From Batkoa obscura (lineage: Eukaryota), in NCBI GenBank assembly GCA_030770535.1, contig JASVEC010000016.1, positions 310,001 to 374,000 of the forward strand: a stretch of DNA of 64,000 bases, written 5' to 3'. The translations under genes were made by a program, and so were the position numbers. The notes under the pieces are model-generated. The model had not been told where the DNA came from, ran no database searches, and saw only the letters and a list, made by a program, of their open reading frames with translations. Positions within the stretch are counted from its first letter, which is position 1. Each line of letters starts with the position of its first letter. Positions 49,077 to 63,097 of this stretch are shown piece after piece.

Positions 49077-52000
49077 TATTTTATATTCTATTTTATATTC
49101 TATTTTATATTCTATTTTACTTACTTGAAATCCAATAAACCAGATGGATTTGTAAGCATCTCCAACCAATATGAAATTTTTAATAGTAGTAATTGTGTTC
49201 ACATAAATTTGAACATCTAAAAACGCAACACCATCTAAAGAATCCCCTTCTTTTAAAGATCGGATAATTACCTAAAATAAGTAAATAAAAAATAAATAAA
49301 TAAATATATTATATTATATTATATTATATTAACAAAATAATTTTTTAATATTAAATATTACCTTACTTCCTATACAAGTAACTAAATATCCATTTAATCC
49401 ATGAATAGCTGATACAGTACCTTTGACTTCTTCCATAATTAATAATTTTAATTTATGATTAGTAAATGGATTATCAATCTCTGGTACTACTTCAATAATA
49501 TCAAACAAATAAATCCTTCCTTTAATACTTGTTTCTTCTCCATGATAAAAAGAAGTAGTAATAGCAACAAATGTTTTTCTAGCTTGAAATTGAGTATCCA
49601 TATCTACGATTTTACAATCTGTAACATGTTCATCTAATTCAAATTTATAATTATCGATGAATTCCCATTTAACCGGTGAAATTAATTCTAAGCTAAACTG
49701 TTCTACTTTGGGCATAATTGGTGGAGGGAATAAAGAATAAGGATTAGGTTCTTCATTTTCATTTAGAGATTTCAAATAATTTTCATAATCTTTTGTATAA
49801 TCTCTTAAGTTGGATTGAATTAATACATATTGTTTTGATATGGAATGATATTCTATAAAATGAGGTGTTGTTGATATTTCTTTTTTTATTAATCCCCATT
49901 CTAATTCAAAGTTATAATTTAAATCCATTTGATTTAGTTTCAATTCATTATTTTCATTAAAATAAATTAATCCATGTTCACAATCACGATGATGAAATGG
50001 TATTATACTTTGCAATTTATTATCTAATTCAATATTATATGTTTGTAAAATATTATGTTCATTATTAATCACCATTTTACTCTTTTCTCCTGAAATTAAT
50101 ATACCTGAATAATTATTAATATTCTCAAAATATCTTAATTTAGAATAAATTGTATCTGCAATTTCATCATCATTTTCGATTTTCCTTCTCTTATTTTGAT
50201 TATTTGTTTTCTTTTTTTCTTCTTTTTCTGATTGATTATTATTGTTATTAGTCATTTGCTTATAACTAACATCCTTTAATAAAACTCTATTAAATTTAAT
50301 AGCTAATCGATTGTTATTCAAATTTTCCTTATTATTAATAATATTATAATCTAATAATATTTCATAAATTATAATTTCTTCGATATCATTTAATAATACT
50401 AAATAAATATTATTAAATACTTTATCTTGTCCAAAATGATAAATCCCAATTTCTTGAATTTTTGTCTCATAATTTTCAATTTCTTGTAAATTGTTATTAT
50501 TGTTATTATTATCTTCTACTATTTCTTCAATAAATCCATTTTGATATTGATTATTATTATTATTATTATTATTTTGATGTTGAATATTAATTTGATTTCT
50601 ACCATGACTATTAATTAAATTAAAATGTTTTTCTTCATCAGCTAAATCATCTGAAAACAACCAATTAAAATTATCCATTTTCTTAATAGAATAAACCATA
50701 GTTAATTTTGGTAATAAATAAATCTCCAAGTCACCCGAAACTCTTAATAATACTAATAGATATTTAGTTTCACTTTTTTTCTTTAACTTTTTAAATTTTA
50801 ACTCATTTTCTCTCTCTTCTTTATCTTCTAAATTTAAATTTTCTTCTTGTAATAAGTCCTTTTCTTTTTCCCCATACAAATCTTCATCATTTTCAAAATT
50901 TTCGCTCACTTCTTCGATTGTTTCCATAATAACCTCTTTACTTTTATAAATTTCATTTAAATCTTCCATTTCATTGCCAAATTTAAATCCATTTCGTTCA
51001 TCTTTATAAATAAAACTGCTTGCAATTTTAGCAATCTAAATAAAACAGAATTGTATTAAATAATTAACTCATAATTGCTTGATTATTATCTTAATGCTTA
51101 CATTAATTTCTTCTTCATTATCTTCAATTGAAATAATATCAATCTTATTTAATTGTTTTTGAATTTCAAATAAACTAATACTATCATCTCCTCTTCTTAA
51201 TAATAAATAAGGTTCAGTAACTAAAGCCCAAGTAACCCATTGAGATGTTCTTCTATTTGTTGCTAATGTTCGACTAAATAATTGTTTACCATCTAATAAA
51301 AGAAATATCGATTAATATTAATACAATACATAGAGTATATATGTTATCATTATTATTGTTCTATTTGTTTTCTTACCTCCATCTACAATTCTAACACCAG
51401 TTTTGTAAACTTGAATATAAGCATTCAATTGTTTTAATGTACCAATATAAATTGTTGGTCCAGTTGTAAAAAAACTAGTATTTTCTACTTGCTGTAACTC
51501 ATTTCCTGCTTTTAAAATCTAAATTAAATTAAATTAAATAAAGATGAGTAAAAAAGGCAAATATAAATATAGATAGTTTGATATTTATAATATTATATTA
51601 GCATTATGTTAATATTATGATGAATTAAACTTACCAACGTTGAATTTTGTTTGGATATAATTAGAAATTGATCAAATAGATGCGAATTTAATTTTAAACT
51701 CCATAAATTATCACAATTTTCCATTGAATAGGTTAATAATTGTTTAAATCTTAAATTTTTCTATATAAAAAAAGAAATTAAAATAAAAAGAAACTAAAAT
51801 AAATTAACAAAAATACATGAAGTATTGAAATAGAGCCATAAGGTTCATGTCCTGAACAAATTACTAAATCATTATGTTTTAATTTAGTAGTAGGATTATC
51901 TTGTTGCTAATAATTACACAAATAATTAATAAAATAAAAATAATAAATAGGATAAGATAATTTAATATTCAACTTACTTCATATTCCCAATTATATTCAG

Positions 52001-52773
52001 AAGAACCAAAGCATAGTTTAGTAATTGGTGATATATTAATAAAAGTATGTAATAATTCCATTTTATAATGTTGACTTTGTACATTAATTAATGGGTTTTT
52101 CTTTTTCAAATTTTTATTCTTCTTTTTCTTCTCATTCTCGTTTGAGTCCTCATTTTCAATTTCATTTTCCTCCTGCTGATAAAAATCAGGAATAATATCA
52201 AATACATCCGATTGATAAGGGGGTAACATATTTTCTTCTAAATTAACTTTAAGCAATATTGAATCATTAAACAAAGAACCAAGAAATAAAGTGTATTGAT
52301 TTAATTTTGTAATATTATTAGTTAATATAGAATTCCCAATTAACATCAAATTAACAAAATTAATCCTCTTTCCATCTAATTTCCAATATAAAATAGCCAA
52401 TTTCCCATTTTTTAAACTCATTAATATTTCTTGAGAATTAATAAAACAATAATGACTTTTTTCTAATGTTATTAATAAACTCATATTTTTATGATATTCA
52501 ATATCTGATACTCTTGACGATAATGTATTAATACTTATATTATATTGATTACTTCCCTGATTTCCATAGATAATAGAAGTACTATTAATAATCAAAAACC
52601 CATATGTTGGTTTAGGTAAACTTATCAAATATAAACTATCACTTGGTAAATTTTCCATTCGATAAATGATTGGATAAGTTTGATGACTTATATCTAAAGA
52701 TAATACCATTATACTTATGTTATCTGGTTTATATGGATTTCTATAAAAGTCATCAATATTACAAATTATTCTA

Positions 52774-52804
<31 letters not shown>

Positions 52805-53755
52805 CGCTATAAGTTACACTTGATTCATACAATACAGCTAACGTAGGTGAAAAATAACCATGTAAAAAAGTAGTGTCAATAACTGATTTTAATTTCGGCT
52901 CTACTTTAGCTAAATCTATAATAAAACTTGGAAGATAAGGTTGTTGACTAAAGAATAATAGAATAATTAATATATTGATTAAAATAGCATTATAATATGT
53001 ATAATATTATTAGCTTACATGTTTTGTTCCATTTCGGTTAAAAATAATTCTTCTTTTTGTCTCATTGGTAAGATGGCTAATTGTGTATCATAAAAATTTA
53101 AGGCTACACAACGTTGCCCTGGATCCACTCGAATTACACTTTTATAATGATTGTTGATAAAATTTTTCTATGAAATTTAGTTAATTCTTATCTATATTTT
53201 TAATTTGTTAATAAAAACTTACCTTCAATTCATCACGTTCATAATAATGAATAGAAACAGTAATAAATTTATTATAATTTAAATGATATTCTAAAATGGA
53301 TAACTAAATAATTATGTTATTATTTTTATTATTATTTTTATTATTTTTATTATTAAATATTACTTTAGCATCTTTGAAAGAAATTAATAAATAATCCAGA
53401 TTATTGGAGTTAGTTGGTATTTTGATTGTATCTATTGAGTCTACTTCACCAACTAATATAGTTTGATAGATTAACTTTACTTTTTCAATACCCTAATAAA
53501 ATAAATAAAATAAAGAATAAAAATATTAGTAATTATTAATAAATTATATAGAATTATAATATATAATAATATCATTCTATTTTAATATATTAAATAGTTA
53601 AGTCAACTTACCATTTCATTTTTCCTTACATTAAATAATTGTAAATAATTTTTACGAATCAAAACCAAATCATTACCATAAAATGCAGTAAATTTACCGC
53701 TACAACTATGAGTAACACAGCTTGGCTTTATTATTTCTTTCGTTATTGGATACAT
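48123..53755 (-). CDS. CFT1: Cleavage and polyadenylation specificity factor subunit 1 (CPSF160/Cft1), many exons
   Basis: SFKDAK, SIHYYE, VDPGQRC, FLHGYFSPTLAVLYE, FLGSLFNDS, KGRIYLFDIIEVVPE, EVKGTVSA, KNFILVGDAYKSIWFIGFQEEPP, GLNTRAYR, FLDGDLL. Confidence 0.9.
49028..49118. repeat. (ATT)16 microsatellite plus (CTATTTTATATT)~4 in a CPSF1 intron
   Basis: Read directly from the sequence. Confidence 0.85.
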
Positions 53756-53883
53756 TTATTTTATTTTATAACTATTTAAAAGGTAATATTTACTTTTAAT
53801 AAAAATAAAGTAGAAAATTAGATGATTTGGTCTACTTTTTAAATATTAGAAGTAGCCAATAAGATAGCCAAGTTGAACAGTAT

Positions 53884-53976
53884 GGGGACGTATTTTTGAT
53901 TAAGAATTTTACCAACTATTCTACTCAAATAGCGCTTAAAAGATGGAAAAAGTGATGAAATCAAAAAAACATTCAC
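53884..53976 (+). mobile_element. MITE copy 11, in the CPSF1/NECAP divergent promoter
   Basis: GTAT-GGGGACGTATTTTTG...AAACATTCAC-ATAT. Confidence 0.85.
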
Positions 53977-54120
53977 ATATGTATGACAAATGACAAATGG
54001 CAAATGAAAGTTATTGCTGAGGTGTCAATTAAAAAAAGTAAAAATAGTAGGAAATCAAGTTACTTTTTTTAACAATATAACAATCCCATTTAAAATATAC
54101 CAATATATTAATTCAAGAAA

Positions 54121-55258
54121 ATGGAAAATTATGAAACTGTATTATTAGTAATCTCCCAATGTTTTGGTAACTCGATACATTCTCAGTCTTACTATTTAAT
54201 CCAAAAATTAACTATTTTATTATCATAGTTTATCAAATCCCTCCATTGATCCGAAGTGAAGGACATCGGTAAAAAATCAATTTTCAATTCTCATAAATAT
54301 TAACAAAAAACTAATCAAACTATTTAATTACTAATAATATCTAGAGCCAGCAATTGGAATGTGGAAAATTTTTTATGGAAAGGACGATTAAGGATTTGTA
54401 ATATCAATGAACAATTAACTATTAAATTAGAAGATAGTATTACCGGTAAGTTTATACCCAATTTATTTAAATTTTGAAAAAAACGAACACAAAAAATAAA
54501 CTATTAATATTAACACTCTATAATTTTCTAGGTGATCTATTTGCTGCATGTCCTTATGATGATAAAGGTTTAGCTGTTGAGCAAGTATTAGACTCCAGTC
54601 GATATTTTGTTATTCGAGTCGAAGATCAAGGAAGACATGCTTATTTAGGTCTTGGATTTGAAGATCGATCTGAAGCTTTTGATTTTAATGTTACTTTACA
54701 AGATTTTATTAGGTAATATTATTTTGAATTTATTTCTTAAATATTTTTACAAGACTTATAAAAGTAAAAATTTAGAACAATAATGTTAACTAATTAATGA
54801 TTTGTTTTTAGACATAAAACTAATGAGACTGAAGATAAAGCTTTAAATCTACCTGCTGTGGATTATTCTTTAAAAGAAGGGCAGACGATCTCGTTGAATT
54901 TATCAGGAAAGGTAAGTGCTATTTGTATTAATAATAAGTCTATTTATTTATTTATTTATTTATTTGTGTTTTTTATCTGCTAGTTAGCTAAAGGCAAACC
55001 GAGTACTACAAGTAAGTCCATATATAACAAATAACCCACTATTTTTAATATAAAAATTTACTTTTACTTTTATTAGATAATGAAAGCTTTTGTAATGATA
55101 ATACTAGTAATTTTATTATACCCCCACCACCTAAATCAACAGTAGTTAAACCTAACACAAACAATAATACTAATGAGGATTTTGGTAATTTTCAAGAAGC
55201 TGATGAGAATGAAAATGACTTAAAACAAGATTCCTTTGAAGGTTGGGCTAAGTTTTAA
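54121..55258 (+). CDS. NECAP: NECAP / adaptin ear-binding coat-associated protein (PHear domain), multi-exon with micro-exons
   Basis: [73 protein letters not shown]-terminal WAKF (WxxF). Confidence 0.9.
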
Positions 55259-55799
55259 AACAGACTTGGAAGAGGTTATTTTTGATTATTAAAGTTCTAA
55301 TTTAATATTGTATTATATTGGAGAAACCGATTTTTGTTATTATTGAAAATTTTTAGTTGATAATAACAAAATCTACATTAATTCATTTATATTTAATTAG
55401 TAATTTTAATTGAGTTTTCATAAATTAGTTATAATATAGATTATAAGAAGTTTCATTTCATTCAATATAGCCTTTAAGTATCAATAAAAATTCAACTAAA
55501 TTAATTTATATTTCTAAACACTGAGTTTTTATCACTACAATTGATACTATCTATTAATATTAGTTGATAAAAATTTCAACAGTTAGACTTGAGAATCAAT
55601 AATTTATTGTATCATTGATTAATATACATATCTATAATTTATTTTTATTTAGTAAAAATTTAGCCCATAATAAGATTAACTAGAAAAATTTGAAAAATAA
55701 ATATTTAAGGAATTTAATTTATTAATAAAATTTGAAAAGGAAAAACAAGTAAATTGAAGTTAAAAAATTTCGTATACTAAACTAAAACTGAACAAAATA

Positions 55800-56760
55800 T
55801 TTAAAATTTTACTAAACCTTTAAGTTCTTGTAACATCAAAGAACAGAAGAAAAGTAACTTTAATGAAGCCTATACAAACAAATCAAATAAGTGAATAAAT
55901 AAGGTCCCTTCAATCATTCAATTGACTACCTTTTCAATATTATCAATTCAAAGCTTGGTTCTTCAAACTAGAATTAAGGGAATAGTGATCAGTATTTGTT
56001 TGACACCACAAATAATCTTAATCAAACTGTTTTTACTAAAAACTTAAAAGATAGCTGATAATATCTATATAGACAAAAAGCTGTTCAATGGGCATTGGTT
56101 TTATACGTTCCAGTTTCAAGTTGAACTTCAGAAAAGGTTAAAAAAGTGTATAAATTTATTGAAACGACATCTTTTGATTTTTTATTAAGTGATTAAAAGT
56201 GAATTTATTCTAAAAAGCAAATTCTAATACACAAATTAAATTCCCATTAAAGAGCCTTTTTTACTGAAGGGATAAGATTCTGAACTTTGAGTGAAGTTAA
56301 AAAAGTAACTTATTCTAACATTTAGAGCTAACTAGAATAAACAAAGTTGAGTTCCTAATTTAAATGTTCATCAGTTAGAATATTTGGTTGAAAATAGCAT
56401 TACTGATATTTGGATCCACTTTGGTTATAGAAGGACAGTCGATACTTTATTATCAAAAGTTGGAATTAAGTTTAAAGCTTCATTAAAAAAGTAGAAGGAT
56501 TTGAAAATCTTTATAAAGATCACTCTTTAAGTGATGCACTTGGTACATTAGCTTCGATCGAACCCAAAAAAGCTATTAATTTAAGCAAAGATAGAATCAA
56601 GTTATCCACTTAACGTGAGTCAAGAGTAGAAGATGTTACTTTTATCGAATTGTTTAATTCTTAGACATTGATAATATCTTGTGTTGTCAATAATAGAGAT
56701 GTTTCACCACTATTTCCACTTTGTAGTTTTGGTCATTCTCAATATCCTAATTAAATACTT
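55800..56760 (+). pseudogene. Possible decayed coding remnant
   Basis: Codon-like, slightly GC-richer stretch with frequent stops; no family recognised. Confidence 0.2.
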
Positions 56761-57281
56761 TTAAAAATGATATTACAACCATTTACAAAGCTAACACTTT
56801 AGAAGACCATAGCTGTCCTTTGTCTAATAAATGCCTATTAAATTATTCTGATCACTCAACTTATTATAATGACGAAGTTAACATAATGTATTAATTTATA
56901 ATTAACTAGTCCAAAATATTTATTATAGCATTATGTAAATTTATAGTCTAAATAAAGTGAAAAATTGTAGAATGTAAATCTTTTTATTTTTATCTATAAA
57001 GCCTGTTAGTCGTTGATTTATTTTAAATAAAAACATAGTTATATATATATGTTATATTATTGTATATTATTTAAACAGTAGAGTTAGATGTTTACTAGCT
57101 ATAAAAATCAAAATTAAAAAGAACATTAAAGTATAAAATTAAAACAAATTATTAGTAAATTATTTTTTATTCGGTGAATTGTGACAAGATATTATATATT
57201 ATAGAATTCACAAAAAGTTTTATTAATTGAATTTTAACAAATTAATAAAAATTGATATTTATATGGTATAGTTAATTATAT

Positions 57282-57378
57282 GGGGATATCTTTTTTAATT
57301 AGAAAATTTAATATCATTTCTCCCTTCGATAACTTCGAAAAATGGAAAAAAGCGATCAAACTATAAAAAAATACTCTC
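57282..57378 (+). mobile_element. MITE copy 12 (divergent)
   Basis: ATAT-GGGGATATC...AAAATGGAAAAAAGCGATCAAACT...ACTCTC-ATAT. Confidence 0.72.
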
Positions 57379-59936
57379 ATATGTTTTTTTCTCTTTATTT
57401 CCTTTTCTCAATATTCAAAGACTACAGAAGCTTTTTGTTTTTATTAATATACATTAGAGATCAAACAATGTAAAGAAATTTATTGAGACTTGAAGTCGAT
57501 GAACGGATGTTATGCAGAAAAAGCAATAACTTGTCCACCGTTGGATGTTTAAAATCAGATAATCCTAGGCCTAGGAGTATAATAAAGTTTGTTGTTATTG
57601 GTCATTCTGGATAAAGAGAACCTGGTTTTGGTAAGGACAAGGTTAAATCCTTTCTTTATTTTTGATATAAAAACGTTTATAAACTTAGCTCTAATTTTTA
57701 AAAATCATAACTTATTATTGCTTAACTGAAATTAGCCATAAAAATTAAACTGATAGTTATTAGTACACCGTTAAAATACAAATGTTTAGTGATTAACTGC
57801 TCATTTTAAATTAGAATTTTAAGTATTCAGTTGTAAATTACCATAACAGACAAATTATTGGTGATAAAAAGTACCACTAGTCACTACATGCTTGTAACAG
57901 TTATACTAACCGGACCTTTAACTTTACCCATATCAATTTTAAATGTTAATATTAATCAATGTTTTGTCAATATTTATCTAATAAAGCTATAATACGATAC
58001 AATAGAACCTAAAACTTAAGACCTAAAATATTATACAAAGTAGTATTCTTATTCAATATTACTGAAGTTATAAAAAATAAACCAACTATCTTGTACTATT
58101 AAGTATAAAATTCAAATAGTAATGTAGCTGTTACACTTTTATTGCGACCTAATTAACTATTCACTTTAAAACAAACCTAATTTAAAATGTAAGATTATGT
58201 TTGAAAAAAACTAAACAGACAAATAGCTGGAACTAAAAATTATTACAAATTAAATCACAGTAGAACTATGTAGCATTTGAAATAAAATTAAGTTGCTTTA
58301 ATCGAAATAGAGTTGTAGTTCTAATTATTTTTATTTATAAATAGATTTGAAATAAAGAATAATTAGTTATTTAACTCGATCAAAATCTAAGAATATTTTT
58401 TTGTCCGGGGATGTAACCAGGGAACTTATGATAACATCACATCATGAATTATTAAGGTAAATAAAAGTGCCACCAGAATTTTATATAAAAATTGAAAATT
58501 CATTAAAAATTTGTTTTACAAAGTTACTATTTTTAAAGTTAATGTTTTCAAAATTAATTTAAACTAAGGTGTTTACTGCTTTTTATGTTTAGATATTTGA
58601 TTAAAAAAGTCCATAAGGTTTGTATATTATTGACAAATTTCATTTACATTTATCCGAAAGAACTTTTCATTATATTGTACTAGATATTTAAAGTCTATTT
58701 TTATCTAATTCTATTCATTAATAATCATAATTGTTAAAAATACAAGTGTCAAATTACCTCATTATTTATTATTACTTTAAAAAAAAGATAAAATAAAAAT
58801 CAATTTGCTCATTCAAAAACAAAATCTTTATAGTATATGAAGAAATAAAGTTAAATACAAGTGACAGACTTAAAGTTAATTTTGTTTCATTTTATAGCTT
58901 TGTGTGTAGCCTTTCCTAAGAATGAATTTATAACGTTGTTATGAGTATTGCTATCGTTATCAAAATTTTTCCTATTTGTGGTTGGTTGCAACAAGTGGAA
59001 TAATTTCTACTATTTAATGGGTTGAGAACCCTGTTTTAAAAAATCCTTGCGTCTTAATTTTAGAACAATTTATTTAAATACTACTGTATAATGATTTATA
59101 AATATGATTTTATTATGAAAATTGGAAAAACAAAAGAATAAAATAAAATAATAAGAGTTAATGCTTTCAACCCTTACTATCTATTATAATATCACAAAGT
59201 AATTATTTATGGACAGATTTACTTGATGAACCCATATTATCCTCTTATCTTATTAATTTTCATAACTGAAATATTATTGGATTGGAAAGAATTCTAGTAA
59301 CACACAATTAATTAAAGCAGAGTCTCTTTGAACATTAATTAGCCCATATTTCCCATAAGTTCACGTGCAATAAGTTCAATTTTTCAGACCCTAATTTTAA
59401 AGAAAATTCCATAAGCAATATTCTGTGATTAATTTTGAGTTAAAATGATTAATATTAAAACAATTAATATTAAATTGAAATGATTAATATAAAGTTAGAT
59501 TAAATAAATATATTAATCAATTTAATATATGAAAATATCAATGATTAATATTATATATTTTTTAATATGCTCATTTTATTCTTTTTATCGGTGATTTTAA
59601 GACTTAAATATTGATTAAGGAGTGGTTCGAAAGTTATGCACATCCTTCAAATTTCCATTTCCATCTTTTTATTTAGAATCTGAGCATACATTATTGGCTT
59701 AAAGCTTAAATCATGATTAAATTCTAACCGAGCTTAAAAAATAATGGAATTACCCTCTATAGACATTTCTTGGTGCCCCATTTCTCCGCAGTTTGATTAG
59801 AATTTATTTGGCTTTATAAACCACACCAAATAAACAAAAGTTTTCTTTTTTATCTTTCTTCAACTCATTAATTTGATCCATTTTCTATCTTTTAACTAAT
59901 CCAGTAGAAACTAATTTTAATTTTATTATTTAAGCG

Positions 59937-62868
59937 ATGTCATCTAATCAAGAAACCGCTCAACCTTCTGAGTCTACACTCGCTCCTGAGCCTATTACCA
60001 TCTCTGAAGACTTAGAACAAACCCTACCACAGGAACCTATTGTTGAAGCAGTAGAAAAAGAGTCAGAAGCTAAAGAAGCGCTAACTGAAGAAGCACCAGT
60101 TGAAGAAACCCAAGCTGAAGCCAAACCAGAAGAAAAAGTAGAGCCTTCCATTATAGAAGAAGGTATTGTACATAAAAGGGGTCCTCTCCCTCTTCGTTTA
60201 TGGCAGAAACGTATAATGACTTTTACTGTTAGCAAGCAGAATTTTTCATTATATGATCTTCGTATTGTATATCGTAAAAACGTCAAGAAATCTCAAGCTC
60301 CTAAAGAAGAGTTTGAGAAGATTAACAAACTCCTTTTTGAAACTATTGCTACCGCCACTGTAAACGCTAGTGATATTATTGTTTATTATAAACCAAATGT
60401 CAAAGATATTCCTCAAGGTTTAATCAACCTTAAGCAAGTTCAATCTATAGAAGCAGCCCCAAAAGTCAAACCATTTGCTTTTTTGGTTAAAACTGAAGCC
60501 CGTGACTATATATTTAATGCACCTAACAAGAAAGAGTTGGATTCTTGGATTCATACTATTTCTTCTAAGCTTGATAATGAAATTCCTGACTACTCTGATA
60601 CCCAAGGTTATAAGTTCAGTTATGAGCATCTTGGTAAGTATATATTTTAAGTTAAGTTAAACTAATATATCTAATAATACTTTAGTTAACCGTAAAGGAT
60701 TTACACCACCTGCTGCCTCAAACAATCAAGATGAAGAAGTATTCTCTGCTTCTGAAGCCGAATTTGTAGGTGATGAAGTTGTACAAAAATCTAGCGAGGA
60801 GCCAGCACAGCCAGAGCAGACTAATGCTGAGCCTCAACCCATCGCTACAGCTACTGAAGGATCTCAGCCTTCTGGAAAATCTTTCCTCAATGAAGTATTA
60901 GGAATCTTCTACCAAAAGAGTTCTGAGCATGATGCTGCCAATGCTGCTAAAGTAAATCCAGAAGCTGAGCCTAAAGTTGAAGAGGTAGTTGCAAAATCTG
61001 AAGCTGAATCCGCTCCCGTCACTGAAAATACTGAGGAAATAGCAGCTGAGAATGTTGAAGCTAAACCTGAAGCTGAAGCAGTAGTCGAATCAAATTCTAA
61101 TCCGGTTGACCAAACTCCTAAGTCTCCTCGTACAAAGACATTCTCTTTCTCTGGTTTCCAAGGAAGTAAGTTCTTGTCCCTTTTCGGAAAATCCAAAGAA
61201 GAGCAAAAAGAAGAATCCAAAGCTGAACCTGCTGCTGAAAATGCTGAACAAGAACCCGAAACAAAAGAGATTGTACCAGAAGTTGAGGTTAAACAAGAAA
61301 CTGCTGAAACCGCAGAAAACACTGAAGCTCCAGTTGAAGCTGCCCAAGAAACTCCAGCTCATATAGAAGAGGAAGCCAGTGCTGCCGCTGCTCCAGCTGC
61401 AGAAGAAACCAAAGGAAAACCTGCCAACTTTTTGAGCCGTGTATTTTCTTTAGCTAAACCTAAGAACGCAAATGCTGGCAAACCTGAAGAAGCCGCCGGA
61501 GCCAAATCTGAAGAAGCACCTAAAGAAGTCGAAACTGAAGCCCCTGTTGCTACTGAAGAAGCTCAAGTGGAAGCTATTCCAGAAGCTATTCCAGAAGCTA
61601 TTCCAGAGACTGCTGAAACTGAAGAGACTAAAGTCGAAACTGAAGAAATAGCTGCATCTGCACAACCTGAAGTTGTTGAATCTGTTGCTGAAAAGAAAGG
61701 AAACTTTTTTTCAAGAATCTTATCAAAGCGTAAACCTAATGGCGCTGCTCCAGCTCTAGTTGATGAAGTAAAAGAAACACCTATTCCAGAAGCTACTGAA
61801 GAAATTAGCGAACCTATCCCAGAAATACAAGCTACTGAGGAAAATAAAGAGGACTTACCTGAAATTGAGCCAGAAGCTAAAGAAGTAGTTGAAGAAACAG
61901 TTGTCATTGCCGCTTCTGAACCAGTACCAGAACTTGAAGCAAAGACTGTTGAGGAAGTTCCTGCCATTGAAGCTCTTACTGAAGCACCTGTTGAAAGCAA
62001 ACCAGAGGAGGTTGCTGAAGTAAAAGAAGAGGAAGTAGCCTTACCTGAAGCAGTTGAAAAAGTTGAAGCTCCTGTTTCAGAACTTCAAGAAGATACACGC
62101 CCATTTTTAGTCCGTGTTTTATCTGGAAAGCGCAAAGAAAAGCCAGTTCCAGAAACCAAGGAACCTGAAGTAACAGGGGAAGTACCAGCTGAAGTTGTTC
62201 CTGTAGAGGAAGTTAGAGAAGTTGAAGAGCCTGTTGCTGCTGAACCAGTTAAAGAGGTTGAAGCTGAAGCTGAAGCCGAAGCCGAAGCTGCCTCAGCTAC
62301 TGCTCAAGAAGCTACTCCAGCCCGTCAAGCTTCCTTAATTGCACGTATTGGAGGTTATGCTTACTCTGCAGTTTCGCCCACCTCTGGTGCTATCCCAGAA
62401 GAGTTAAATGAAGAAATCTCTGAACATTATAAAGCTCTTATTGAAGAAGTCGAAGCCGAACATTACGGATTTGTCTTTAAGCAATCTTACCTCTTACATT
62501 CTAATAATCACCGCTTTGCAATCCTTGGTAAAGAGGGTTTGTTTGTTTATTACCACGATGCCCAAGCCCCATCTGAAGGTAAAAAGATTGTAATCAACGA
62601 TTCTGTCACTATATTGCCATATGGTGAAAATGCTTTCATCATCAAAACATCTAGCCAAAGCTATACTTTCTCCGCCCATACCGCTGAAGATGCTGAGAAA
62701 TGGATCAAAGCACTTTCTAAGTTTGGAAAACAAGCTGATGTCGAAGTTGTTCCAGAAATTCAACCTGAAGTAGTTGCTGCAGTAACTGCTGAAGAAGAAG
62801 CACCAATTACGATTGCTACTGAAGAAGTTGCTACTACCGAAGAATCCAAAGTCACTACTGAAGCCTAA
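59937..62868 (+). CDS. Protein with two PH domains separated by a long acidic E/A/P-rich disordered linker (exons 59937-60633, 60686-62868)
   Basis: PH1: EEGIVHKRG..WQKR..PQGLINL..DYIFNA..ELDSWIHTI. PH2: HYGFVFKQ..RFAIL..YTFSA..AEKWIKAL. In-phase intron. Confidence 0.85.
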
Positions 62869-63097
62869 TTTAGTTTGTTAATTCGATCAACCAGTTGATG
62901 TTTGGTTTTTAATTCATATCATCTTGATATTTTATTCTTATTTACCTCTTAATATTATATTCATCATTTTAATAAAGCTAATTACAATATATATATTTTG
63001 GAAATGGAGTTATCTATAGTTTTTTATAATATGACTAATTAAAATTGGAGAGTTTTTAGGATTTAAGTTGAGATTTTGCGAAATTCCTTCACAATAT

